Origin: Acidimicrobiia bacterium
GTDB lineage: Bacteria > Actinomycetota > Acidimicrobiia > Acidimicrobiales > JANYDT01
Reading direction: 5' to 3'
Assembly: GCA_043720395.1 (NCBI GenBank)
Contig: JAYSSR010000014.1
Span: 14,568 to 78,567 of the forward strand
DNA: 64,000 nucleotides
Under the pieces are notes generated by a model. It was not told where the DNA came from. It made no database searches and was given only the letters and a program-made list of their open reading frames with translations. Shown in pieces: positions 40,699 through 50,526 of this stretch; within the stretch, counting starts at the first letter, position 1, and the number at the start of each line of letters is the position of its first letter. The translations under genes were made by a program, and so were the position numbers.

Positions 40699-41496
40699 AT
40701 GTCAATCTCAGGAAATCTCGAAGGCAAGGTCGCACTCATTACCGGCGGGTCCCGCGGCATTGGCCTCGGCATCGCTCACCGCTTCGCACAGTCGGGTGCA
40801 AAGGTCATGCTTGTGTCGCGCAAGGCCGACGGGCTCGAAGCCGCCAAGGCCGAACTCGTCGCGGCCGGGACGCCCGAGGAGAACGTCGCCTGGGAGTCCG
40901 GCAACGTCGGCAAGGAGGAGGACGCACAGCGGTGCGTCGCCTCTGCCATCGCCCAGTTCGGCAGTCTCGACGTGCTCGTGAACAACGCTGCGACGAACCC
41001 GTTCGTCGGCCACGTCATCGACGTCGACATGTCCCGCTGGGCAAAGACCGAGGAGGTCAATCTCCGCGGTCCCCTCATGTGGACGCAGGCCGCCTGGCGT
41101 CAGCACATGAAGGAACACGGCGGCTCGGTGATCAACATCTCCTCGGTCGGTGGCTTCGTCACGAGTCCGGCGCTTGCCGTCTACAACGTCTTCAAGAGCG
41201 CACTCATGCACATGACCCGTCAGCTCGCCTACGAACTGGCCCCGGGGGTCCGCGTGAACTGTCTCGCACCGGGTCTCATCAAGACCGACTTCGCCAAGTA
41301 CCTGTGGGAGGGCGAGAAGGGCGAGAAGGTTGCAAAGACGTACCCACTCAAGCGGCTCGGTGAGGCCGACGACATCGGCGAGGCCGCGCTGTACTTCGCC
41401 GCGGGAGCCAGTTGGGTTACCGGCCAAACCCTGACGCTGGACGGTGGCAGCCTCGTCCTCCCCGGCGGTGGCGGCTCAATCGCACTCGCGGACTAG
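40699..41496 (+). CDS. SDR family oxidoreductase
   Basis: TGGSRGIG, LVNNA, YNVFK (YxxxK); leaderless TAACGT-N8-ATG. Confidence 0.93.
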   Translation: MSISGNLEGKVALITGGSRGIGLGIAHRFAQSGAKVMLVSRKADGLEAAKAELVAAGTPEENVAWESGNVGKEEDAQRCVASAIAQFGSLDVLVNNAATNPFVGHVIDVDMSRWAKTEEVNLRGPLMWTQAAWRQHMKEHGGSVINISSVGGFVTSPALAVYNVFKSALMHMTRQLAYELAPGVRVNCLAPGLIKTDFAKYLWEGEKGEKVAKTYPLKRLGEADDIGEAALYFAAGASWVTGQTLTLDGGSLVLPGGGGSIALAD

Positions 41497-41511
41497 CGGT
41501 TTTCGGACACG

Positions 41512-41571
41512 ACCACCCAATCGGACCACCCGATAGCCGGATCGGCCGATTGGGTGGTCCGATTGGGTGGT
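41512..41571. repeat. Palindromic element, family B copy 1 (possible bidirectional terminator)
   Basis: accacccaatcggaccaccc / gggtggtccgattgggtggt, 20-bp perfect arms built from 13-bp subrepeats; between convergent genes. Confidence 0.88.
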
Positions 41572-41584
41572 TTCTGAGCAGGCG

Positions 41585-43258
41585 TTACGACCGAGGTGAC
41601 GGGCTCACGAGCCGACCCGGACGCTCCTCGACCACGCCGTCCACGAGTGCACCGTTCGCGATCACCGGTCGGCCGTTCACGAACAGGTGATGCATCCCGA
41701 CCGGCTGATCGGCCGTCAACCGCTCCGCTCCAGCCGGGAAGTCGTGGACGCGACGCGATGGACCGGGCGCCACGGTCAGCGGGTCGAACACCACGATGTC
41801 GGCGAACGACCCGACAGCGAGGACGCCCCGGTCCTCGAAACCGAACAGCTTGGCTTGCACCTGCGTGAGTTTGTGGATCGCCTGCTCCATGGTGAGCACC
41901 TTGCGGTCGCGCACCCACGTGCCGAGCAGATCGGTGGCGAGCACCGCGTCACAGAGCTGACCGACGTGGGCACCAGCGTCGGAAAGACCCAACGTGCACT
42001 GATCTTCCTGGAGCAACATTGCGACGCCTTCAACGTCGTCGTTGAGAAGCACGGCGCGCATACGAAGTCGCAGGTCCGGCTCGTCGAGCGCGAGGTCGAG
42101 CATGCAGTCGAAGGGTGTCTTGCCCAGAGCCGACGCCACCGGTTCCAGACGCTGCCCAACAAGCTCTGGGTGCATCGTCGAGTCCATGATCTCGAAGGTG
42201 TCCCAACGAGGTGCCAACGCCTGCCGATCCACCCATACCGTCATGGCCGAGGCACGCCAGGCCGGATCGGTATACGCGGCGCGGCGCTCATCCAGCGTCT
42301 TCGGCATCAGCGCGGCAAACACCGAGTTGATGTTGAGGGTGAACGGTTCCACGAGCGTCATCGAAAACGCGAGGGGACGACACGAGACCTGCGGCCACAC
42401 GTCGGCACCTGCGTCACGACCGGCTCGATGCACTTCCATCGCCTTGAGGTGGCCGCCGTTCTTGCTCGTGAGCACGGCCGTGTAAGTCATAGGCGCGCCT
42501 ACTTTCGGCTGCAGCTCGTAACACTCGGCAAAGTTGTAGTTCTCGCCGCCATTGACACCGATGACGCCGCGTCCTGAATCGCCGACCGCCTGGCAGAGTG
42601 CCTCGATCTCGGTCTTGTCGGCCCATCGGCTCGGGATCGGGAGACCGTCGGCACCGCGGTGCGTCACCGCAAAACTGGTCGCCCATCCGGCCGCCCCGGC
42701 AGCCATCGCGTCGCGCACCATCTCGGCCATCGTGTTGACCTCGGTTGGCGTCGCGACTCGCCCGACTGCCTCGTCGCCCATCGCGTAGATGCGCATGGCG
42801 GTGTGGCCGATGTACGCGGCGAAGTTCAGGACCGAACCACGACGCTTCACGGAAGCCAGGTACTCCGGGAACGTCTCGAAGTCCCACGGTATGCCGGCAT
42901 TCAGCGAGGCCGGGTCCATGTCCTCGACCTTCTCCAGCGTGTTCGCGATCAACCCCCGATCGGCGGGCCGCGTCGGTGCGATTGTGAACCCACAATTACC
43001 CGCGACAACCGTCGTGACGCCGTGGTAGCACGAGGGCGTGAGCGCCGGGTCCCAGAACACCTGGGCGTCGTAGTGGGTGTGAATGTCGATGAAGCCAGGG
43101 GCGACGACACACCCGGTTGCATCGATCACGTTGTCGCCCGAGAGGTCTGGACCGATGGCGATCACCCGATCACCATCGACGAGGACATCGGCTCGGACGC
43201 CCGGCGAACCGGTCCCGTCGACCACCGTGCCACCCTTGATCACCGTCGTGCTGGTCAT
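41585..43258 (-). CDS. Amidohydrolase (N-acyl-D-amino-acid deacylase family)
   Basis: PGFIDIHTHYD, GVTTVVAGNCG, SDAGAH. Confidence 0.9.
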   Translation of the reverse strand: MTSTTVIKGGTVVDGTGSPGVRADVLVDGDRVIAIGPDLSGDNVIDATGCVVAPGFIDIHTHYDAQVFWDPALTPSCYHGVTTVVAGNCGFTIAPTRPADRGLIANTLEKVEDMDPASLNAGIPWDFETFPEYLASVKRRGSVLNFAAYIGHTAMRIYAMGDEAVGRVATPTEVNTMAEMVRDAMAAGAAGWATSFAVTHRGADGLPIPSRWADKTEIEALCQAVGDSGRGVIGVNGGENYNFAECYELQPKVGAPMTYTAVLTSKNGGHLKAMEVHRAGRDAGADVWPQVSCRPLAFSMTLVEPFTLNINSVFAALMPKTLDERRAAYTDPAWRASAMTVWVDRQALAPRWDTFEIMDSTMHPELVGQRLEPVASALGKTPFDCMLDLALDEPDLRLRMRAVLLNDDVEGVAMLLQEDQCTLGLSDAGAHVGQLCDAVLATDLLGTWVRDRKVLTMEQAIHKLTQVQAKLFGFEDRGVLAVGSFADIVVFDPLTVAPGPSRRVHDFPAGAERLTADQPVGMHHLFVNGRPVIANGALVDGVVEERPGRLVSPSPRS

Positions 43259-43336
43259 CTTCCGTACCTCCGGTACCGGTCGTGTATCGCAAGCCTCGCG
43301 CAGGTAGCAGCGCAGGACCGAACCCGCTGCCAGCGA

Positions 43337-44341
43337 TCAGCCGACCTGTACCACCCAGCGTCCACGCGCTTCCCCGCCGCGCACGGCCGTGAGCGCCGCC
43401 TCAAGGCCGTCGAGGCCAATCGTCGTGACGCCCTCGGTCTCGATATCCGTGGGGCGCAGATCGGTTGCGCAGCGCTGCCACACGTGGCGTCGAGCGTCCA
43501 TCCCGAGGAGGACCGAGTCGATGCCGAGGAGACTCACGCCTCGAAGGATGAAGGGGAAGACGCTGGTCGCGACGGGCCCACCACCGGTAAGTCCACTGGC
43601 GGCGACAGCACCGCCCCACTTCAGCTGCGCGATGACCGTCGCCAGGGTCGCGCCGCCTACGCAGTCAACGGCTGCCGCCCACTTCTCCTTGTCGAGCGGT
43701 CTCGGCTTCTCCGGTGTGAGCTCGGCGCGGTCGATCACGGATGCTGCACCGATGGACTTCAACCAGTCGTGCGAGTCCGCTTTGCCGGTGGACGCGCACA
43801 CCTCGTAACCCAATCCGGCGAGCATCCGGACCGCAAGCGAACCAACGCCACCGGTCGCCCCAGTCACGAGCACCGGACCCGCAGCGGGCGCGATGCCGTG
43901 GCGCTGCAACGCGTCGACCGACTGCGCTGCGGTGAACCCGGCCGTGCCGAGCGCAGCGGCCCCGAGAGGTGTCAGCCCGGTCGGCAATGCCACACAATGC
44001 GCTGCGCGCAGCCGACAGTACGCGGCATAGGCACCGTGGCGGCCGGTCCCGATGTCATAGCCGTGCGCGATCACCCACGAACCGACGGCGAAGGCTGAAT
44101 CGGCGCTCTCGACCACCTCTCCCACGACGTCGATGCCAGCTACCAACGGGGAGATTCGAGCGACGCCCCCGTCGGCCAGTGTCGCCAGGGCATCCTTGTA
44201 ATTGACGCTCGACAAACCGACTCGGACCGTAACCTCGCCCTCGGGAAGATCGTCTGCGCGCAGAATACCCAGGCCGCGACTCACCGTTCCTTCGGCCGAC
44301 TTGGTGGCGACGAAAGCGGGAAAGGACTCGGGTAGCGGCAT
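43337..44341 (-). CDS. YhdH/AcuI family (acryloyl-CoA reductase-like) MDR oxidoreductase
   Basis: SSVNYKDAL, GTAGFTA, TGATGGVGS, PFILRGVSLLGIDS; leaderless TAGGGT-N6-ATG. Confidence 0.9.
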   Translation of the reverse strand: MPLPESFPAFVATKSAEGTVSRGLGILRADDLPEGEVTVRVGLSSVNYKDALATLADGGVARISPLVAGIDVVGEVVESADSAFAVGSWVIAHGYDIGTGRHGAYAAYCRLRAAHCVALPTGLTPLGAAALGTAGFTAAQSVDALQRHGIAPAAGPVLVTGATGGVGSLAVRMLAGLGYEVCASTGKADSHDWLKSIGAASVIDRAELTPEKPRPLDKEKWAAAVDCVGGATLATVIAQLKWGGAVAASGLTGGGPVATSVFPFILRGVSLLGIDSVLLGMDARRHVWQRCATDLRPTDIETEGVTTIGLDGLEAALTAVRGGEARGRWVVQVG

Positions 44342-44381
44342 GGCCAAACCCTACTGGGGGTGTCGCTCAATGAGAGGCGGG

Positions 44382-44945
44382 CTACCTCAGCCGAACCATG
44401 GATGCGGGCAGCTCGAAACGTCGCCGCAGTCGCCACGCGAGCATCCGGTCCGCTATCCGTGCAAGCGGTGCGGCAACACCGTGCTCACCGTTCACCACGA
44501 CAACCTCGTCGAAACGTCGGTCGTCCAGCAGGTCGACCGATGCCACCCAGGTGCCATCCTCCGACGACGTGCCGAGCGCGCGGAACCCGCTCGTGTTGAG
44601 CGCCGCCAGCCAGGTCGAGAGCGCTTCACCGCGTTCACGTCGAAGCTCCGCCACGTCAGGCGGATCAACGTTTGCAGCCAACACCCAGCCGGAAAGCGGG
44701 TCGGCCGCGGCGAGCGCGTTCGACCAACCGGGAATCGATCGCGCCGTGACCGCGACGTGGAAGCGCCACGTCGCGGGGTTCCGGCCACGGAGCAGCGCTG
44801 CTGGAAGCGACCCGTGCGACGGCGACTGGTCCGTCACGACCAGGCAGCACCGGCGTACGTCGCCCGGACGAACGACGAATGTTCCAGATAGAGGGACCGG
44901 CCACTGTGCTGGTCGGTTGGAGCTGATCGGCTGTGTCGTGCTCAT
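44382..44945 (-). CDS. Hypothetical protein, possibly a degenerate universal-stress-protein fold
   Basis: Fills the intergenic gap; FDEVVVV...RLRRRFELP C-terminus resembles USP-like proteins. Confidence 0.5.
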   Translation of the reverse strand: MSTTQPISSNRPAQWPVPLSGTFVVRPGDVRRCCLVVTDQSPSHGSLPAALLRGRNPATWRFHVAVTARSIPGWSNALAAADPLSGWVLAANVDPPDVAELRRERGEALSTWLAALNTSGFRALGTSSEDGTWVASVDLLDDRRFDEVVVVNGEHGVAAPLARIADRMLAWRLRRRFELPASMVRLR

Positions 44946-45092
44946 GTGTCGATCGTGCGGTTCGGAGGTGTCGATCGTGCGCGGCGCGCGGCACAGTTCT
45001 GTCGCGGTTCGGTGCGCGTCCTGCTTGACCGGTCAGTCGAGTAGGTGCCAGTTGAGGTCATTCAGGCGGCGAGATCGGTAGCCTGCCCGCCC

Positions 45093-46334
45093 ATGACACA
45101 CCCTGTCACCTCCCCACCCGCGCACCCGGTCACCGCCGCACCCATGCATCCGGTTCACACCGAACGCACCCAGGTCGCAATCATCGGTGGGGGTCCTGCG
45201 GGACTGCTCCTGTCCCACCTGCTCGGCCTGAACGGTATCGAGTCGATCGTCCTCGAACAGCGCACCCGCGAGTACGTCTTGGCACGCGTGCGTGCTGGCG
45301 TGATCGAGCACGGGACGGCGGAGTTGTTACGCGACGTCGGCCTCGGCGAGCGCATGGACCGCGAAGGGTTTGTACACGACGGCACCGTGTTCGCGATCGA
45401 CCGACGGCCGACCCGCCTCGACTTCAGGGCAGCGACCGGGAAGTCCGTGATGATTTACGGCCAGACCGAGCTCACGAAGGACCTCTACGACGCGGCGGAC
45501 CGACTCGGACGCCGCGTCATCGACGAAGCCGAAGACGTTGCACTCCACGACCTCGATACCGATCGACCACGCGTGGCATACCGGCACAACGGCGAGGAAC
45601 GCGAGATCCACGCGAGGTTCGTCGCTGGTTGCGACGGCTACCACGGTGCCTCACGTGCTGCGATTCCCGCCGATCTTCTGCGCACCTACGAACTCGTGTA
45701 TCCGTTCGGGTGGCTCGGCATCCTGTCGCCGACGCCACCCGTGCACGAGGAACTCATCTATGTCAGCCATCCTGACGGATTCGCGTTGTGCTCGATGCGC
45801 AACCCGATGCTCAGCCGCTACTACCTCCAGTGTTCCCTCGACGACCGCATCGAGAACTGGTCCGATGACCGCTTTTGGTCGACGCTGTCCGGTCGGCTTC
45901 CCGAAGACGCTGCCGCTGGACTCGTGACCGCTGCATCCATCGAGAAGTCGATCGCCCCGCTTCGTAGCTTCGTCGCCGAACCGCTTCGCCACGGCTCGCT
46001 GTTCCTCGCGGGCGACGCTGCCCATATCGTCCCGCCGACCGGAGCAAAGGGTTTGAACCTGGCGGTGTCGGATGTCCGGTATCTGGCCGAGGCCATGACC
46101 GCGTCGCTGCAGCGTGGGTCCGACGATGGCATCGACGGGTACTCGGCCCGAGCGCTCGACCGCGTCTGGAAGGCGGTGCGGTTCTCATGGTGGATGACCA
46201 TGCTGCTCCACCGGTTCCCCGACGACGCAGGCACGATCCGCCCGCACCTCCAGCGCGCCGAACTCGACTATCTGGTCGGGTCGGCGGCGGCGCAGGCCTC
46301 GTTGGCAGAAAACTACGTGGGCTTACCGTTCTGA
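45093..46334 (+). CDS. pobA: 4-hydroxybenzoate 3-monooxygenase
   Basis: TQVAIIGGGPAGL, RAGVIE, YGQTE, GDAAHIVPPTGAKGLNLA, ENYVGLP; alternative start at 45144. Confidence 0.95.
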   Translation: MTHPVTSPPAHPVTAAPMHPVHTERTQVAIIGGGPAGLLLSHLLGLNGIESIVLEQRTREYVLARVRAGVIEHGTAELLRDVGLGERMDREGFVHDGTVFAIDRRPTRLDFRAATGKSVMIYGQTELTKDLYDAADRLGRRVIDEAEDVALHDLDTDRPRVAYRHNGEEREIHARFVAGCDGYHGASRAAIPADLLRTYELVYPFGWLGILSPTPPVHEELIYVSHPDGFALCSMRNPMLSRYYLQCSLDDRIENWSDDRFWSTLSGRLPEDAAAGLVTAASIEKSIAPLRSFVAEPLRHGSLFLAGDAAHIVPPTGAKGLNLAVSDVRYLAEAMTASLQRGSDDGIDGYSARALDRVWKAVRFSWWMTMLLHRFPDDAGTIRPHLQRAELDYLVGSAAAQASLAENYVGLPF

Positions 46335-46406
46335 CGCGGCACCGCACAGCAGCCGTGTCTCGCGGGGCTGGTGAATCAACCCATATGGGCAATTCGGACC
46401 AGATTG

Positions 46407-46433
46407 CTCAATGTTCGTCCGAGTGGGACCGAA
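46407..46433 (+). promoter_or_regulatory. Possible sigma-28 (FliA/WhiG-type) promoter
   Basis: CTCA-N17-ACCGAA, one mismatch to the actinobacterial CTCA-N15-17-GCCGAA consensus as I recall it. Confidence 0.4.
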
Positions 46434-46484
46434 GTATTCACTACCCGCACCGAGAAGTGCACAAAACCCACCGAAGGAATCCCC

Positions 46485-46688
46485 ATGCTCGAGATGTTCG
46501 TTGCTTTGCAGAATTGGGTCGCCGGTCGCAAGGCCGAGATCGAGGAGCGAGGTGCCACCGCTGTTGAATACGCCCTGATGGTCGGCCTGATCGCCGTTGC
46601 CATTATCGGCACGGTCACGCTGCTCGGAGAAAAGGTCAAGCAGACCTTCAACTCGATCTCGAACACGCTTCCGACCGGCACGGGCTGA
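46485..46688 (+). CDS. flp: Flp family type IVb pilin
   Basis: ERG/ATAVEYALMVGLIAVAII prepilin cleavage site and EY motif; 67 aa; AAGGA RBS. Confidence 0.92.
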   Translation: MLEMFVALQNWVAGRKAEIEERGATAVEYALMVGLIAVAIIGTVTLLGEKVKQTFNSISNTLPTGTG

Positions 46689-46735
46689 GCCCAAACCCCC
46701 GACTGCCAGGGCCCCCTCCTGGCACTCCAGCACCA

Positions 46736-46892
46736 GCGAGGGCGCTTCGGCGCCCTCGCTGCGCGTCCCGGGACGTCCACAGACGCATCCCATCGGGCGA
46801 CGTGCGCCTTCGGCGCACCGCGACAGTTCCGTCGAACCGAAGCAGCTTCGCTGCCGGTTGGACGGCGTAGCTCCGGCTTCGCCCTCGCTACG
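46736..46892. other. Cluster of GC-rich hairpins with TTC(G) loops between convergent genes
   Basis: gcgagggcgc-ttcg-gcgccctcgc, gtgcgcc-ttc-ggcgcac, gcagc-ttc-gctgc, ggc-ttc-gcc. Confidence 0.6.
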
Positions 46893-46906
46893 GGGCCTTT
46901 CCTAGG

Positions 46907-48085
46907 TCAAACCGCCGAGAGTTGGCGGGCGAAGACCGAGAACACGGCGTTGCTCCAGCCGAACCCGGTGATCGCGCCGTAGAAGCCCTCCTCGGACCGC
47001 TCGCTCGCCTCGACCACGTTCAGCTTTTCCCACATTTCGCCGGTCCCGGCGAACACGCGAGCCGTCGCATCGCACCAGCGTCGCATGACCTCCGTCGCCT
47101 CACGCTCGAATCCGTATGCGCGCAGACCTTCGACCGCTATCCACTGGAGCGGTGCCCAACCATTCGGATACGCCCACTGGCGTCCACGCTTGGCCTTGAG
47201 GCTCGTGACAAGCCCTCCGCGCCGAAGGAACTTCGGGTACCACTCGCGTACCATCAGCGCCGCTTGTGTCTTCGTAGCGACACCCGCCCAAAGCGCGTAG
47301 AACATGGCGATCGACGGTGTCGGGTTTCGCGCCTTGCTGGTCACGTCGTAGTCGAGGTAGCAGCCGAGGTCGGCGTCCCACAGCAGCGAACGCATGGTCT
47401 TGATCCGGCGATCCCTCGTGAGCTGCCAGGCCGCAGCCGCTTCGACGTTGCCCAAGATCGTATGCGCACGTACAAGATCGGCCTCGTAGACGGCGAGGAT
47501 CGCGTTCAGGTCGACGGGAAGATGTTCGAGCCAGCGATCGTCGCAACGATTCGAGTGATCCCAGCCACTCTCACAGCTCGCGAGGTCGTCGAGATGATTG
47601 ATGTCGAAGTAGCGCGACAGTCCCCGGTGAATCTGGCGATGGTGGGGTTGCGCCGTACCCATCCACACCGTCGCGTGTTCGGCCTCCGCGAGGCGGACCA
47701 TGTTTGCGAGCCATGCGCGCCGTCCACGCTCGCGTCGACGTTCCTTGATCGACCAGGCAAGCAGTACCTGTTGGGTGAAGAACGGCGGTTGACTGCGCGA
47801 GAGGAAATAGTACCGGCTCGCGTTGGGAATCACGCCGAAGCGTTCGAGGAGGTAGGCCATGTTCTCAGCCATGTCGACGACGAGACCTTCACGCGCGGTG
47901 CCGACCAGGCCGAGCGAGGTGAAGAAGCTGTCCCAGTAGTACATCTCCTGGAACATCCCTTTGGCGCTCGGCACGACGTAGGGACACGGCAGTCCGATAA
48001 GCGTTCCGACGTCGGTGGGCTGGGAGCGGACGAGGGAATCCCAGGTCTTCTCCACGTGGCTGAGCGCGGGTTCGTAGGCGTGCAT
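46907..48085 (-). CDS. Trehalase (GH37), no signal peptide
   Basis: FQEMYYWDS, SRSQPP, ESGWD, QW.YPNGWAPLQW, GFGWSN. Confidence 0.9.
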   Translation of the reverse strand: MHAYEPALSHVEKTWDSLVRSQPTDVGTLIGLPCPYVVPSAKGMFQEMYYWDSFFTSLGLVGTAREGLVVDMAENMAYLLERFGVIPNASRYYFLSRSQPPFFTQQVLLAWSIKERRRERGRRAWLANMVRLAEAEHATVWMGTAQPHHRQIHRGLSRYFDINHLDDLASCESGWDHSNRCDDRWLEHLPVDLNAILAVYEADLVRAHTILGNVEAAAAWQLTRDRRIKTMRSLLWDADLGCYLDYDVTSKARNPTPSIAMFYALWAGVATKTQAALMVREWYPKFLRRGGLVTSLKAKRGRQWAYPNGWAPLQWIAVEGLRAYGFEREATEVMRRWCDATARVFAGTGEMWEKLNVVEASERSEEGFYGAITGFGWSNAVFSVFARQLSAV

Positions 48086-48122
48086 AGCTTTGCTGGCCCA
48101 GAGTATCTTGGCGTGAGCGGCG

Positions 48123-49115
48123 TCAGCGCTCGGCGGGATGGTTCACGTAGTCGACCGTCATCTCGTCGAGTCGTATCCGTACATCCCCTTCGAGGGCACC
48201 GCCCTTCACTGCTGCAAACGCGTCAGCGAGTTGCTCCGGACGACTCGCGCCGACGATCGGCGAGGTGATGGCGGGGTTGGAAAGGACCCACTGCAGGGCC
48301 AGCGTCGCAAGGCTCACTCCCGACCCGGTCGCGATAACCCTCAACTCCTCGACCGCGTCGAACTGGCGATCGTGCCAGTACCGCTCCTGGTAGCGGCCGG
48401 CCGCGGTGCCAAGGGTGAAGCGGCTGCCTTCGGTCGGATTGCCGCGCTGATGCTTGCCCGAGAGAAAGCCTCCGGCGAGCGGGTTGTAGGGAATGACGCC
48501 CACGCCTTCGGCGGCGCACAGGGGGAGCAGTTCTCGTTCGACGTTGCGGTACAAAAGGTTGTAGCGGGGCTGTACCGAGTCGTAGCGGGCTAGGCCGAGG
48601 GTCTCCGATCGACCGATGCCGCGGGCGAGTTCCCAGGCGAGATAGTTCGAGCAGCCGATGTACCGCACCTTGCCCGATCGCACGAGATCGTTCAGCGCGC
48701 TGAGCGTTTCGTCCTGCGTGACGGTGGGGTCGAACTGGTGCATCTGGTAGAGGTCGATGTAGTCGGTACCGAGACGCCGCAGCGAGCCGTCCACCGCGTC
48801 GAAGATGTGCTTGCGCGACGCGCCCCGGTCCCACCGCTTGCTGCTCATCGGTCCGACGCATTTCGTGGCCACGATGAAGTCGTCGCGACGGCCCGCCAGC
48901 CAGCGTCCGACGATCTCCTCCGTACGCCCGACCGTGGCACCGGAGCCACCGAGCGGGTACACGTCGGCCGTGTCGAGAAACGTTATGCCACCGTCCGCCG
49001 CGGCGTCGAGGATTGCTCTGCTGACGTCCTCGTCGCATTGGTAGCCGAACGTCATCGTGCCGAGGCAGAGACGGGAGACGGAGAGACCGGTGCGACCGAG
49101 ACGAACGTGTTCCAT
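48123..49115 (-). CDS. Aldo/keto reductase
   Basis: LCLGTMTFG, DTADVY, IVATK, IDLYQMH, GKVRYIGCSN. Confidence 0.93.
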   Translation of the reverse strand: MEHVRLGRTGLSVSRLCLGTMTFGYQCDEDVSRAILDAAADGGITFLDTADVYPLGGSGATVGRTEEIVGRWLAGRRDDFIVATKCVGPMSSKRWDRGASRKHIFDAVDGSLRRLGTDYIDLYQMHQFDPTVTQDETLSALNDLVRSGKVRYIGCSNYLAWELARGIGRSETLGLARYDSVQPRYNLLYRNVERELLPLCAAEGVGVIPYNPLAGGFLSGKHQRGNPTEGSRFTLGTAAGRYQERYWHDRQFDAVEELRVIATGSGVSLATLALQWVLSNPAITSPIVGASRPEQLADAFAAVKGGALEGDVRIRLDEMTVDYVNHPAER

Positions 49116-49230
49116 GGGTCGAATCGTGCCACGGCAATTGACGAGCGGGCACATCGACGGTTCACGCAGTGGTGAGCGGGGTTGGCGGGCGGGTTGAGCT
49201 GGGGTGCGCGCCGGTCTACGTTTCCCATCG

Positions 49231-50412
49231 ATGCCCTCCACGGAACATGAGCCGCTCACGCCCGACTTCTACGACTACCCGTGGACGCCACTGGCCGGCG
49301 TCGACCTCCACGACAATTTCGCGACCGTCGCGTGGGCCGACGGCACGACGCTGCCCTGCTACGCCCTTTGGCTCGCCGAGAACACGGCCGGCTTCGGCCT
49401 TGAGGTGTCGTCTCGTGAGTCGACGATCGACCCTTCCGACCTCCCCGCACCGTCGGATCTCGTGGATGCCGCTGTCGGCTCTCGTGGCGAGCTCGTGCTC
49501 ACGTGGGTTGGTGGCGTCATCACGGAGGCGCACCCGGGCTGGCTTCGCCAGGTCGCCGATGGGTTCCATCTGCCCGGGTCCTTTCTCCCACCACTGTCGA
49601 CGTGGACGCCGTCGACGTTCACCGAGCCGCCAAGCCTCGACGGGGCCTGCGTCCTCACCGATGCTGGCGTTCTTCAGGAGTGGCTGGACCTCCTCGCCCG
49701 CTACGGGCTCGCCCGGCTCCGCAATACGCCGACCTCCGCCGACTTCCTTGTCGAGCTGATGGGGCGCATCGGCCCGATTCGAGCAACCAACTTCGGTCTG
49801 ACGTTCGACGTTCGCTCCGTCGTCGACCCCGACTCGACGGCGTACACGGGCCTCAACCTTGGCCAGCACACCGACCTTCCAACTCGGGAGACTCCGCCCG
49901 GCTTTCAGTTCCTGCACTGCATTGCAAACGATGTGCCGGGCGGCTGGTCGCGCATGACCGATGGGCTCGCCGTTGTGGCCGAGCTACGGGACCACAACCC
50001 CGCTGACTACGACGCCCTCTCCACGTTGGAGTGGGTGTTCTTCAATCGGTCCCGCACGGAGGACCACCGCTGGATCGGCCCGATCATCGACAACGCGGAC
50101 CCCCGCCACCCGCTCACCCTTCGGGCGTTCTACCCCGTCCGCGGCTTTCCGCATATGGACCCCGCCGACGTTGCGCGCGCTTACGAATCGATGCGACGTT
50201 TCTCGGCGGTCGCGCACGACCCCCGCTTCCAGATCCGCTACCCGTTCGTGCCGGGCGATGTGGTCGGCTTCGACAATCGCCGAGTCCTCCACGGACGTGA
50301 CGCGTTCGACCCCGGCGGCGGCTCACGTCATCTGCGCGGCTGCTATCTCGATCAGGACGATCTGTATTCGCGCTTACGAGTCCTCGCGCGTCACGCGGGC
50401 CAGCCGCACTGA
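49231..50412 (+). CDS. TauD/TfdA-family Fe(II)/2-oxoglutarate dioxygenase (gamma-butyrobetaine hydroxylase-like)
   Basis: HTD...PGFQFLHC, DNRRVLHGR, RHLRGCY; leaderless TACGTT-N8-ATG. Confidence 0.88.
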   Translation: MPSTEHEPLTPDFYDYPWTPLAGVDLHDNFATVAWADGTTLPCYALWLAENTAGFGLEVSSRESTIDPSDLPAPSDLVDAAVGSRGELVLTWVGGVITEAHPGWLRQVADGFHLPGSFLPPLSTWTPSTFTEPPSLDGACVLTDAGVLQEWLDLLARYGLARLRNTPTSADFLVELMGRIGPIRATNFGLTFDVRSVVDPDSTAYTGLNLGQHTDLPTRETPPGFQFLHCIANDVPGGWSRMTDGLAVVAELRDHNPADYDALSTLEWVFFNRSRTEDHRWIGPIIDNADPRHPLTLRAFYPVRGFPHMDPADVARAYESMRRFSAVAHDPRFQIRYPFVPGDVVGFDNRRVLHGRDAFDPGGGSRHLRGCYLDQDDLYSRLRVLARHAGQPH

Positions 50413-50446
50413 CGCTACGGCCGAAATCATGGTGCCACGTGGACAT

Positions 50447-50526
50447 GCTTCGCGGTACGTTCGGTGGCTCGCGGTACGTTCGGAGTACTCAGAACGTACC
50501 GCGACCGGCGGAACGTACCGCGAAGC
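50447..50526. repeat. Family A variant overlapping the 3' end of the TetR gene
   Basis: gcttcgcggtacgttc / gaacgtaccgcgaagc arms with a duplicated inner tcgcggtacgttc. Confidence 0.8.

Noticed and set aside
46386-46435. c-di-GMP-I riboswitch-like words (GGGCAA...GAGTGGGAC) upstream of flp
   Set aside because: Lacks the GNRA-capped P2 stem and GCAAA junction; spacing does not fit
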